Source: an uncultured Candidatus Saccharibacteria bacterium
Lineage (GTDB): Bacteria; Patescibacteriota; Saccharimonadia; Saccharimonadales; UBA10212
Direction: 5' to 3'
Assembly: GCA_964567555.1 (NCBI GenBank)
Contig: CAZMNA010000001.1
Coordinates: forward strand, 88,911 to 152,910
DNA length: 64,000 bases
This document shows, in pieces, positions 43,759-52,662 of this stretch. Both the position numbers and the translations under genes were made by a program. Each line of letters begins with the position of its first letter. Positions within the stretch are counted from its first letter, which is position 1. The notes beneath the pieces were generated by a model. That model saw only the letters and a program-made list of their open reading frames with translations, was not told where the DNA came from and made no database searches.

Positions 43759-44592
43759 CTAATTTTTAAAGGCGTGCTCGTATTCGGCAGGGTCGTTGCC
43801 CTTCACGCTAACCGATATTTTTTCTGGGTCAATCTCTACGATTGTATGGGCCTCGGCGGCTACGCCATCGTTATTAAAATTTTCTACCAAAGACGTAACT
43901 GTAAAGTAAGGAATGTCATTATGAACGTGCATACGATTCCAGTGTTGATGAGCCGTGAAGACCGCTTTCACCCTTCCTGATTCCTCAAAGATCCTGCGTA
44001 CTTCAACACGGTTACTTAACAACCCTTTCTCTGGTGCATTCTCGAACCAAAAGTTGCCTTTCATGTCATCGTCGGCTAAGCCATAGTGCATAAACACAAC
44101 TGTCGGCTTAGCGTTTTTGCCTAGGTCGTTCTTCAACCAATCCAGTTGATCCTTAGGCACCTCGGCAAAAATATCCCCTAAATCAATTTTGTGATTACCA
44201 GTCATTACAAAACTTAGAGCCACAAAGTGATAGCCCTCGCTATCAAACGAGTAGTACATTTCTTTGTAGCCGAACAGGTTGGCTATATCTTTATGGCTTA
44301 ATGTTCTGACATCGTGATTGCCTATTAATGTATATATGGGCATTTTAAGGACAGATAAAAGTTTTTTGCTTTTGGTAAACTCTACGAGGTCTGCTCTGCG
44401 TTCGTTAATATCCTCTATAGAATCGCCTAGATTGACGACAAGGGCAGGCTTCTCCTTAAAGTTCATTTCCTTTACGAACTGCTTTACTAGCCTTTCGGCC
44501 TCAACCGTCAATTTGCGCTGTACGCCTTTATAGAACCCCGCATTTTTTGGTCCAATGTGCATATCATTAATGATTGCGAATTTCATTTTCAC
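43759..44592 (-). CDS. metallophosphoesterase (calcineurin-like)
   Basis: INDMHIG, NLGDSIED, GNHD and MHY motifs. Confidence 0.85.
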   Translation of the reverse strand: MKMKFAIINDMHIGPKNAGFYKGVQRKLTVEAERLVKQFVKEMNFKEKPALVVNLGDSIEDINERRADLVEFTKSKKLLSVLKMPIYTLIGNHDVRTLSHKDIANLFGYKEMYYSFDSEGYHFVALSFVMTGNHKIDLGDIFAEVPKDQLDWLKNDLGKNAKPTVVFMHYGLADDDMKGNFWFENAPEKGLLSNRVEVRRIFEESGRVKAVFTAHQHWNRMHVHNDIPYFTVTSLVENFNNDGVAAEAHTIVEIDPEKISVSVKGNDPAEYEHAFKN

Positions 44593-44921
44593 CTTTTGTC
44601 ACCCGAACCGGTCAGTTTGCCGCGCTCGGCTCGACTGGCGAGTTTTTTGATATTTTCTTGCGCTATTTCTTCTAAGCTCAACCCTAGCTGGTGGGCCAAT
44701 TCTGAAACATACCAAAGCACGTCACCTAACTCGCCTTTTAAAATCTGCCTGTCCTCGTCAGTCAGTTTGCCGCCTTTATCACGGATTACCTTTTTGAGTT
44801 TGTTGGCAATCTCGCCGGCTTCGCCAGACAAACCAAGAGCCGGATAAACCCAACCCGCCCCGCCGAGTGGCGGATAAATGGCTGTACTGTGAGCTTTTTT
44901 CTGATATTCATCAAATTTCAT
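44589..44921 (-). CDS. MazG-like nucleotide pyrophosphohydrolase
   Basis: LGLSGEAGEIANKLKK...ELGDVLWYV pattern of all-alpha NTP-PPases. Confidence 0.85.
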   Translation of the reverse strand: MKFDEYQKKAHSTAIYPPLGGAGWVYPALGLSGEAGEIANKLKKVIRDKGGKLTDEDRQILKGELGDVLWYVSELAHQLGLSLEEIAQENIKKLASRAERGKLTGSGDKR

Positions 44922-45496
44922 GGTTTTATTGTAACAGCCCCTTGACGTAACACTTTTAGCTCGCTGGCCTGAAGGCGGACTAGCGTAGAAGCCACTGGCT
45001 TTTTGGTTTGCCCTCCTCTAACGTAAAAGCCTAGCTGCTCGCCAAAATATTTGTTTGCGGAAGCAACGGACATTGCCGGAGGGTGCCCCTCTGGATTAGC
45101 ACTCGTGCTTGTTATGGGTCCGACTTGCTCAATTAATTGCAGTAGGTCTGCCCTATTTGGCATTCGGATTGCAAAAGTATCGCTAGCTGGATGCAGCCAG
45201 ACGGGGCTTTTACTTGCGTCCCATTCCAAACTCAGTGGCCCCGGCCAATATTTTTTTACTAGCTTTAGCCGTGCTGTTGGCATGTTTAGGTCTTTAAGTT
45301 GCCCATAGTCAGAAAATAAAACAATAAAAGGTTTTTGCTGGCTACGCCCTTTAAGACGGCGCAACCGTTTAACGGCCGCCTCGTCCAGCGCCAGACAGCT
45401 CAGACCATAAATTGTATCGGCTGGCAACAGGCCCACGCCACCGCACTTTAAAAGCCGCACTACCTCATCATCAAAATGGTTGGTTTTATAACTCAC
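44918..45496 (-). CDS. tsaC: L-threonylcarbamoyladenylate synthase (TsaC/YrdC)
   Basis: LLPADTIYGLSC and TSTSANPEG motifs. Confidence 0.88.
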   Translation of the reverse strand: MSYKTNHFDDEVVRLLKCGGVGLLPADTIYGLSCLALDEAAVKRLRRLKGRSQQKPFIVLFSDYGQLKDLNMPTARLKLVKKYWPGPLSLEWDASKSPVWLHPASDTFAIRMPNRADLLQLIEQVGPITSTSANPEGHPPAMSVASANKYFGEQLGFYVRGGQTKKPVASTLVRLQASELKVLRQGAVTIKP

Positions 45497-45510
45497 AGTC
45501 CGAAATTATA

Positions 45511-46056
45511 TCAGCCAAGCTTGATGGCCGTCATGGACACCCAGAAAACAAGCATTAGAATCCAGACAAAAATGTCCGCGCCACGGGACATCGCTTTTTG
45601 AACCCACTTGGACATATACGGCTGGTTAAGCCTAAGTAGTAGCGCTGTGATTATGAGAATTGACGGGCCGACAACCGTGCAAAAAAGGCACATGGCGTGA
45701 ATACGAAAGATAGATTCAAACACAAACCAATTGATAAAGCCCAGCATGAACAAAGCCAATCCCAGGGCCGATAGCGTGAATTGCTTTGTCAGGCGGCCCC
45801 CCAGCCCGGCGAGGCTGAAGGTTAAAAAGAAAGTAAACATAACTAGTGCAATTATGGCGTTAGGGAAGCCAAAAACTTCGTACTGATGACTAGTTAAAAC
45901 CCGGCCGCAATCAAAAACGCTGTTTAGGTTGCAGCTTAGGTTCGCCCCCGGGTGTTTAAGGAGCGTGAGTTTATCAAGCAACTGCCAAAATGAACCGACC
46001 AGCCCGGCGGCAGAAAAAAACGCCCCAAGGGCGTACAGTTTCCGATTTTGATTCAT
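45511..46056 (-). CDS. vitamin K epoxide reductase (VKOR) family protein
   Basis: Loop cysteines CNLNSVFDC and the TM CxxC (CLFC). 4-5 TMs. Confidence 0.8.
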   Translation of the reverse strand: MNQNRKLYALGAFFSAAGLVGSFWQLLDKLTLLKHPGANLSCNLNSVFDCGRVLTSHQYEVFGFPNAIIALVMFTFFLTFSLAGLGGRLTKQFTLSALGLALFMLGFINWFVFESIFRIHAMCLFCTVVGPSILIITALLLRLNQPYMSKWVQKAMSRGADIFVWILMLVFWVSMTAIKLG

Positions 46057-46192
46057 AAAAAGAGTCCTCCATCAGTTATGCGCTTACGCCCGGCAAATGT
46101 CAATTGATAGAGAAGTATTCAAACATTTTTGTCAGAGGTCCTGAAAAGTTCGCATCATCCCACATGGAGCTAACCACAGTGGCAGGCGCAGC

Positions 46193-46465
46193 CTAGGATT
46201 TTTTTAGGTTAAACCAATAAATCCCACCAGCCAGTAGGGCTAGGCAGATTAAAATGACAAAAGAAATAATTAAATTGCGGTGGTCAGACTTCTCCGGTTC
46301 GTCCAAAGGCTCTTTGGGCTCCGCGGGCGGCATATTTAAATAGCTGCCGGCCTGACGTGAGCCTTCTGCATAATCTTCTTCGCCTTTTAGTGGCACGCTC
46401 GGGATAGTAGTCTGGGCAGGTCGCTCAGCCAGCGGTTCAAAATTACCTTTGTCTTGTTCGTCCAT
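46193..46465 (-). CDS. C-terminally anchored acidic/Pro-rich protein
   Basis: Start taken at MDEQDK. C-terminal TM LIISFVILICLALLAGGIYWF. Confidence 0.5.
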   Translation of the reverse strand: MDEQDKGNFEPLAERPAQTTIPSVPLKGEEDYAEGSRQAGSYLNMPPAEPKEPLDEPEKSDHRNLIISFVILICLALLAGGIYWFNLKKS

Positions 46466-46531
46466 CTTTAAAATTATACTACCTTGCCCCGATGCGCTGC
46501 CCCGGGTAGTTAGGCCCAAGCATGCGGGGCC

Positions 46532-47200
46532 TTATTTTTGTAATTTACCGTCAGATAATTTGAATTGCTGGTCTGTTTTGCCGGCTATAGAAAGATCGTG
46601 CGTTACCACGATGATGGTGGTATTTTCTTTTTTAGCCAAATCGTGCAGGAGATTAAAAATCAGTTTTCCGGTCGCTGAGTCTAGATTCCCGGTCGGCTCG
46701 TCGGCCAAAATTATCTTGGGCTTGTTAGCCAGTGCCCGGGCAATTGCCACGCGTTGTTGTTCGCCACCAGATAGGCGCGTCGGTTTACGCAAAATTTTAT
46801 CAGCCGTCAGGCCAACTTTGGCAAGCAGCTCCTCTGCCCTCTGCTTGCGTTCGGCTTTTGGCGTGCCCGCAAATTCCATCGGCAACATAACGTTATCAAT
46901 CGCCGAAAGATTGGGCACTAAATTATAACTTTGAAAAACAAAGCCGATGTTGAGCGACCGATAATTAGTCAACTGCTGGTCGCTAAACTCAGAGATATTT
47001 TGGTCGGATACCTCAACACTGCCGCTCGCCGGTTTGTCCAGTGCGCCAAGTAGGGAAAGCAGTGTACTTTTGCCGCTGCCACTGGCACCAACGATTGATA
47101 CAAAGGCTCCGTCAGCAACATCAAACGATACGTTATTAATTGCTGACACAGTGGTGTCACCGGACTTGAACGTTTTAGTAAGATTCTTAACTTTCAACAT
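46532..47200 (-). CDS. ABC transporter ATP-binding protein (MacB/LolD-type)
   Basis: GASGSGKST, LSGGEQQRVAIARAL and ILADEPTGNLD. ATG 47200 forms TAATG with the permease stop. Confidence 0.9.
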   Translation of the reverse strand: MLKVKNLTKTFKSGDTTVSAINNVSFDVADGAFVSIVGASGSGKSTLLSLLGALDKPASGSVEVSDQNISEFSDQQLTNYRSLNIGFVFQSYNLVPNLSAIDNVMLPMEFAGTPKAERKQRAEELLAKVGLTADKILRKPTRLSGGEQQRVAIARALANKPKIILADEPTGNLDSATGKLIFNLLHDLAKKENTTIIVVTHDLSIAGKTDQQFKLSDGKLQK

Positions 47201-48663
47201 TACTCGCTCCTCAACACTTCTGCCGGACGGACTTTTGATATCAGCCATGAGGCGGCCGCACTGCCGATGAGTGCTACTAAGACGGCCGCGCCTAAGCCGT
47301 AAGCTAGGATGTTCCAGCCAATGTTGGCATGAATGTTGCTTAGCGTGTTGCGGACCCCGCCGCCTGTCCTGCCAATAAAGCCGCCAGTTGGCCGCCTAAA
47401 GCTCGATACCGGGCCTGAACCGCCGCCGCCAAAATTGGCTCTAGAGCCGCCTGGACCGCCGGCTGTTGCAGTCGACGAGGTGCTAGAGTTGGTTGAGTTA
47501 GTTACCAAGGTATTGGTCACTGGGTTACCACCAGCCACACCGATAATCAGGCCTACCGCTGCCGCCAGGACGGTCAGCGTCAAGGCCTCGCTCATAAACT
47601 GAAGCATGACTCTTAGGTTTGGTGCGCCAATGGCCTTTAAGATACCGATTTCGCGGCGGCGCTCACGGACTATCATTATCATGGTTAGAAGGACAATGAT
47701 GGCGGCGGCAACTAGCGCACCAATCAAGCTAACCAGCGAGATGCTCTGGACGTTCTTGAGCGGTTGAATTGTATTGTTTGCCTCATCCTGAGCATTGGTT
47801 ACATCCGCACTGGAGCCAAGGTTACTTTTAACAGCCGAGGTCGCAGAAGCTAAATTGTCAGCCGAATCAACCGTTGCCACGGCACTACTAACTACGTTGC
47901 CCTGGCCGCTTAACCGTTCCAACGCCGGCAGGCTGACAATGACCGTATCGTTGCCGGCTTGGGTGCCGTTTTCGCTTATCCCGTAAATGGCAGCCACTTT
48001 GAGAGTCTGGCCGTATGCTGTGAAGGTAGAGCCAACTTTCAGGCTGTTCTTGTCGGCCATGGCATTAGAGACCATAACGTCGTTAGTGTCTTTGTCCCCG
48101 CTGATGGCTGTGCCTTTAATAATCGTTACGGGGTTGCCAACGCTAGCGTTCAGTTGGGTTGGGTTATTGGTGCCCAAAATCGTAATTGGCGGGCTGAAAT
48201 TACTAGGAAGGCTACCTTGGCCGCCGCTGACAAAAAAGCCGCCGCCACTACCCGTACGGTTGCTATCAACGTTAATCTTGATTGGAGAGGTCAGGCTAGT
48301 TTGGTTGTTAGAGTTAGAGTTTGAAGAATTATCAAAAAACGATGGCTGGGATGAGCCAATCGTAGTCAGCCGGTCAGTCAAAGTTTCCGACAGCCCAGTA
48401 ACGTGGTTGACGGATTTAACTTTTGCAAGCTCAGTGGTCGTCAGAGCATTGTTGGCTTGGCTTTGTGGGTTAAAGCCAGCTGGAGAAATATTGATTGTAT
48501 TACCGACATTGGATTTTACTTGATTTATTTTTTGCCCCACTGCTTGGTGGGCAATCAGCATAACTAGCGCCAAGCCGATTGATAGTCCAAGGATCAAAAC
48601 GATGGAAAGCGTCCGTACCTGATTGCGGAAAGCGTTTTTTACGCCTCGGTTGAAAGCTGACAT
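47200..48663 (-). CDS. FtsX-like (MacB-type) ABC permease with low-complexity insertions
   Basis: TM1, a large external domain, and the FtsX-domain motif REIGILKAIGA. Gly/Ser/Thr-rich insert between the last two TMs. Confidence 0.85.
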   Translation of the reverse strand: MSAFNRGVKNAFRNQVRTLSIVLILGLSIGLALVMLIAHQAVGQKINQVKSNVGNTINISPAGFNPQSQANNALTTTELAKVKSVNHVTGLSETLTDRLTTIGSSQPSFFDNSSNSNSNNQTSLTSPIKINVDSNRTGSGGGFFVSGGQGSLPSNFSPPITILGTNNPTQLNASVGNPVTIIKGTAISGDKDTNDVMVSNAMADKNSLKVGSTFTAYGQTLKVAAIYGISENGTQAGNDTVIVSLPALERLSGQGNVVSSAVATVDSADNLASATSAVKSNLGSSADVTNAQDEANNTIQPLKNVQSISLVSLIGALVAAAIIVLLTMIMIVRERRREIGILKAIGAPNLRVMLQFMSEALTLTVLAAAVGLIIGVAGGNPVTNTLVTNSTNSSTSSTATAGGPGGSRANFGGGGSGPVSSFRRPTGGFIGRTGGGVRNTLSNIHANIGWNILAYGLGAAVLVALIGSAAASWLISKVRPAEVLRSE

Positions 48664-48728
48664 AAGCCCAACTCTAAGCTCTCCGGCTGAAAGCTGGCTG
48701 AAAATTTTACTTCGTTGCGAAGGTTATT

Positions 48729-48914
48729 CTAGCCGGCCAGCAAATGATATACCAAGAAAGCTGGCCAAACGCAGGCCTTTAAAAGCGCTGTGATAGACGG
48801 CCAAAAACCATTGCTAACATGCAGGTAGTAAACGGCCGCGCCAACCATGCCCAAAAAGTACCAACCGCCGCCAGATTTACCGCTCTTCATGTTCTTTTTT
48901 TGCCATTTTTTCAT
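48729..48914 (-). CDS. small 2-TM membrane protein (61 aa)
   Basis: SD AAGGAG before ATG 48914. GGGWYFLGMVGAAVYYL and ACVWPAFLVYHLL helices. Confidence 0.55.
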   Translation of the reverse strand: MKKWQKKNMKSGKSGGGWYFLGMVGAAVYYLHVSNGFWPSITALLKACVWPAFLVYHLLAG

Positions 48915-48981
48915 GAGAATTCTCCTTGTCTTTATTGTACGCTTAGAAATTGCTAAAATTTTAAAAGAAAGGATAAGCACT

Positions 48982-49092
48982 ATGGATTGGAATCACGTAT
49001 TAGGCTGGGGCTCGCCCATCGGCCTTGGCGCGTTCCTGCTCGGTCTTGGCAAATTCTTGAAAGCCATGATGATGAGCGGCATGAAGAAATAA
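48982..49092 (+). CDS. 36-aa micro-protein with WGSPIGLG motif
   Basis: MDWNHVLGWGSPIGLGAFLLGLGKFLKAMMMSGMKK. Paralogue of 52818..52988, sharing a 13-nt identity GCTGGGGCTCGCC. Confidence 0.5.
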   Translation: MDWNHVLGWGSPIGLGAFLLGLGKFLKAMMMSGMKK

Positions 49093-49152
49093 CTCGTTCC
49101 TTAGAGTTAATTTTTTACTGTAATGCCCGATTAGGGTTGTATAATTATGCTC

Positions 49153-49566
49153 ATGAATTTAGAAGTATATTTATTTTTCAAGGGCAACTGCCGTGAGGCG
49201 ATGGAATTTTATAAAAGTGTTTTTGGCGGCGAACTAGAGATTATGGATGCCAATCCAGAGCAGTTGGGCGATATGCCGGGTAAAGACTGGTTCAAGGGCA
49301 AGATTATGCACTGCACCTTAAAAGGCGGTGATGTCACCTTTATGGCCAGCGACTCGCCTAAAGCCTCGCCCGAAGCCAAAAAGATAAGTTTGAGTTTGAA
49401 TGGCACCGACGATGCTAAAATGCGCAAGATTTTTGACCAGCTGGCGGAGGGCGGTAAGGTATCTATGCCGCTCAAAAAACAATTTTGGGGTGACGTTTTT
49501 GGTTCATTAATGGATAAATACGGTGTTGAGTGGATGATGAACATTGGCGATATGAGTAGTGGGTAA
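49153..49566 (+). CDS. VOC/glyoxalase-fold protein (PhnB-like)
   Basis: LEVYLFFKGNCREAMEFYKSVFGGE and FWGDVFGSLMDKYGVEWMMN, typical of PhnB/YjdN. ATG 49153 follows TATAAT by 7 nt. Confidence 0.8.
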   Translation: MNLEVYLFFKGNCREAMEFYKSVFGGELEIMDANPEQLGDMPGKDWFKGKIMHCTLKGGDVTFMASDSPKASPEAKKISLSLNGTDDAKMRKIFDQLAEGGKVSMPLKKQFWGDVFGSLMDKYGVEWMMNIGDMSSG

Positions 49567-49604
49567 GATTTCGCGAACTCGAAAAAGCCGCCGGAAGATA
49601 ATTC

Positions 49605-50261
49605 TTATGCGCGCGGACGTAAGTTTTTAGCAGCCTCTATTTCCGCTCGCATTTTCAGAGCAGCTAAACGGGGGTCCGCGGCGGCATAGATTGCTGAAAC
49701 TACAGCAACTCCGTCTGCCCCGGCTTCGATAATTTCACGAGCGTTGTGTTGCTTAACTCCGCCAATTGCCACCAAGTAATGGTCAGTTCTGTTACGTAAT
49801 TCGGCTAGACCTGTCTTCCCCCAGAGATTGGCGTTGGGTTTTGTACGCGAACCAAAGATATTGCTTACACCGAAGTAATCTACTGGTAAATCTTCGGCAG
49901 CTATAGCTTGCGCCATTGTTTCAACCGAAAGGCCGATAATTGCATGGCTGCCTAGTACTTTTCTCACTTCTGTTACCTTCTTGTCACGTTGGCCTAGGTG
50001 AATACCATCGGCCCCAACTTCTTTAAACACGTCCAAAAAATTATTTATTATCAGCGGCACACCGTTGCGCCGTAGAAACTTCTGAATTTTCTTGGCGTTC
50101 TCAACTATGTGCTCTTTATGGTCTGCCCTGTCACGCAGCTGAACAGCCGTCACGCCGCCAGCAACTGCTTCTTCAACGATTTCTTCCAGCGACCTATCTA
50201 CATCGTATTCATTGGTTACTAAGTAAAGAGAGCCATCAAATTTTCTTTCGCTCATCAACAT
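49605..50261 (-). CDS. thiE: thiamine-phosphate synthase
   Basis: LYLVT, VQLRDR, DGIHLGQ and AIGG TIM-barrel motifs. Confidence 0.88.
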   Translation of the reverse strand: MLMSERKFDGSLYLVTNEYDVDRSLEEIVEEAVAGGVTAVQLRDRADHKEHIVENAKKIQKFLRRNGVPLIINNFLDVFKEVGADGIHLGQRDKKVTEVRKVLGSHAIIGLSVETMAQAIAAEDLPVDYFGVSNIFGSRTKPNANLWGKTGLAELRNRTDHYLVAIGGVKQHNAREIIEAGADGVAVVSAIYAAADPRLAALKMRAEIEAAKNLRPRA

Positions 50262-50307
50262 TTAATATACAGTACCTTCTTGTCTGTCTTGGGGTATAAT
50301 TCTACGC

Positions 50308-51543
50308 ATGAAGCACAAGCAGTATGGTTTTGGGCATATTGGGTTGTTGCTAATGATTTTGGTTGTAGTTGTGGTTGGTTTTGCTGGCTATAAGGTAGCC
50401 ACTAAACATAAAGGTTCGGTGAATACAGCTACCATCAATACAGCGGTCACTTCGGGCGATGACAAAGCCATCACTGCTGGGCGTCAGCTAAGCAATAACT
50501 ACTGCAAGGGCACTGGTGAAACAACCTTTACTCATCTGCCAATGAATGCCAGCGATTTTTCCTTGCTGATCCCTTATGGACTAACTGTCGGCGGGCACGT
50601 AACACCCATCGATCACCAATATTTTTCGCCAACGGTCTTTAACTCGCCTAAAGATACTTACCCGGTTTATGCCATGGCCGACTCTACAATTACTAATATT
50701 GAGGTCCACCCCACGCGCACCCGCTTAGTCTTTACGGTTTCGTGCACCTTCTTTTATTACTACGATTTGCTTACCAGTGTTCAGCCCGGAATTGACGCCA
50801 GCCACATCCCCATACAGGTTAAAGCCGGCCAGCTGATTGGTCACATTGGCGGCCAGACGCTGGACTTTGCGGTGTGGAATACCAAGAAGCCACTGTCCGG
50901 GTTTATTAACGCTAGCTCATACACCGCTGAGGCGTGGAAGATTTACACAACCGATCCCTTTCCTTACTACACGTCTGCCCTGCGCCAAATTATTGAGTCC
51001 AAAGACCCTCGCACGGCTCCGCCGATTGCCGGCAAGATTGATTACGATATTGACGGTAAATTAGTTGGTAATTGGTTCTTGCAAGGCAGTGGCGGATACA
51101 ATAACAATAGCGTCCCGCCTGGTGGACAATATTGGTCCGGTCACCTTTCAATCGCACCCGATCTATACGACCCGTCTGCTACGGTCGTGTCGGTTGGTAA
51201 TTACAATAGCTACCCCGGTTTTAACCCAGACACTTCAACCGGCGATGGCAGTGATGCCCGTCAGTACTTTGCGGTGGCCGGCAGTACCGACCCAGCCAAG
51301 GTTGTAGTGGGCACATTGGTTAAATACCAGCTTGTAACCCGTAAATACACCAAGGCCGATGGCAGCGAATGGACGCAGGGTAATTTCACAAAAAGTCCAA
51401 GGGCCGTTACCAATGGTGCGGTTGTCGGCACAGTTCTTGCGGAGTTAACGGATAAAGGCCACTTAAAGTTTGAAGTTTTTAAAGACAAGAACGCTGATCA
51501 AGTTACCGGCTTTGATACTAACGCTAAAACCTACACCCGGTAA
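50308..51543 (+). CDS. N-terminally anchored secreted protein, possible LytM/M23-like core
   Basis: TM LLLMILVVVVVGFAGY. VKAGQLIGHIGGQTLDFAVWN weakly resembles the M23 peptidase motif. ATG follows TATAAT by 7 nt. Confidence 0.45.
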   Translation: MKHKQYGFGHIGLLLMILVVVVVGFAGYKVATKHKGSVNTATINTAVTSGDDKAITAGRQLSNNYCKGTGETTFTHLPMNASDFSLLIPYGLTVGGHVTPIDHQYFSPTVFNSPKDTYPVYAMADSTITNIEVHPTRTRLVFTVSCTFFYYYDLLTSVQPGIDASHIPIQVKAGQLIGHIGGQTLDFAVWNTKKPLSGFINASSYTAEAWKIYTTDPFPYYTSALRQIIESKDPRTAPPIAGKIDYDIDGKLVGNWFLQGSGGYNNNSVPPGGQYWSGHLSIAPDLYDPSATVVSVGNYNSYPGFNPDTSTGDGSDARQYFAVAGSTDPAKVVVGTLVKYQLVTRKYTKADGSEWTQGNFTKSPRAVTNGAVVGTVLAELTDKGHLKFEVFKDKNADQVTGFDTNAKTYTR

Positions 51544-51583
51544 CTTCCTCTCCTGCGCGTATAATTAAGGGGAGGATTAAGTT

Positions 51584-51844
51584 ATGGCTCGACAGATGTG
51601 CCAAAGCTGCGGAATGCCGCTAAAAACTGACAAACAAAGAGGTACCGAAAAGGGCGGCAGTGTGAGCCAAAAGTACTGTACGCACTGTTATCAAAAAGGT
51701 GAGTTCACCTGGAAAGGTGCCACTGCCCAGCAAATGCAGACATACTGCATGGGGATTTTAACCAAAGAAAAGCACTGGCCAAGCTTTTTGGCTCGCATGG
51801 CCACAAATGGGATTCCCAAGCTTGAACGCTGGCGCAAGTCCTAG
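51584..51844 (+). CDS. zinc-ribbon domain protein
   Basis: CQSCGMPL...YCTHCY paired CxxC motifs. TATAAT and SD GGGGAGG upstream. Confidence 0.6.
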   Translation: MARQMCQSCGMPLKTDKQRGTEKGGSVSQKYCTHCYQKGEFTWKGATAQQMQTYCMGILTKEKHWPSFLARMATNGIPKLERWRKS

Positions 51845-51857
51845 CTAAACCTACTCG

Positions 51858-52625
51858 CTATTTTGGGAGTGGAATCAAAATACTGGTACGTTTTTTGTAG
51901 ACTTGGTAGTTTGAGTCATTTCCCCATTTGTCATCGGCATATTTTTCAAGTTTTGGAATGCCGGTTACAAAAATTAAAAGAAAAGCAATAAATAACGGAC
52001 TAAGCACCCCCGTCCATCTTTGGTTGACGTTCAAAGCATCGAAAGTAAAAAGGTAAATGCCAACCCAGTTTAGTATTTCGCCAAAATAATTTGGGTGGCG
52101 ACTCAAGCGCCACAAGCCCGATGCTATCCAACGGCCTTTGTTGGCTGCCTTAGCGTTGAAGGCAAATTTTTGATAATCGGCCACGGTTTCTACTGCTAGC
52201 CCAAAGCCCCAAATAATAAAGCCGGCGTAGCCCAGCCAGCCAATCATCTTGCCTGGGTTGCTAAAAAATAGGAGCGTAGGCATCAAGATTATCCACACGG
52301 TTATGCCTTGGAATAACCAAAACTGCCCAAATTTCCAAAAGTTCTCCCTCACACCGTCAAAACGTTTGTCTTTTTTGTTTTTTAAAATCCTCAGTAACAA
52401 AAAGCCAGCCAGTCTGGCAGCCCAGGCACCGACCATTGCTAGCAAAATCCATTTAGACAATTTGTACGGCCTCTGCGTAATTTTTAAAAATGCCACGAGT
52501 GCCAAGACAAAAAATGTCGCGCCATAACTAAAGTCTGTCAGCTTATCGCTTTTGAATCTGTATGCAATCAAAAAGCCGGTTAGGTTAATAATCAAGCTAA
52601 CGGCCAACAGCCAAAATATATTCAC
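51858..52625 (-). CDS. DUF1295 / steroid-5-alpha-reductase-like membrane protein
   Basis: RHPNYFGEILNWVGIY motif. Polytopic. GTG start 6 nt after TATAAT (52632-52637). Confidence 0.75.
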   Translation of the reverse strand: MNIFWLLAVSLIINLTGFLIAYRFKSDKLTDFSYGATFFVLALVAFLKITQRPYKLSKWILLAMVGAWAARLAGFLLLRILKNKKDKRFDGVRENFWKFGQFWLFQGITVWIILMPTLLFFSNPGKMIGWLGYAGFIIWGFGLAVETVADYQKFAFNAKAANKGRWIASGLWRLSRHPNYFGEILNWVGIYLFTFDALNVNQRWTGVLSPLFIAFLLIFVTGIPKLEKYADDKWGNDSNYQVYKKRTSILIPLPK

Positions 52626-52662
52626 CCGCTAATTATAACAACGTGACTTTTTCAAGCGGCGG

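Noticed and set aside
47333-48523. Track ORFs on the + strand (89, 63, 121 and 178 aa) inside the FtsX permease, and 4460-5006 inside the sortase
   Set aside because: They are antisense shadows of GC-rich coding regions, with no start signals and a biased Pro/Ala/Val composition.
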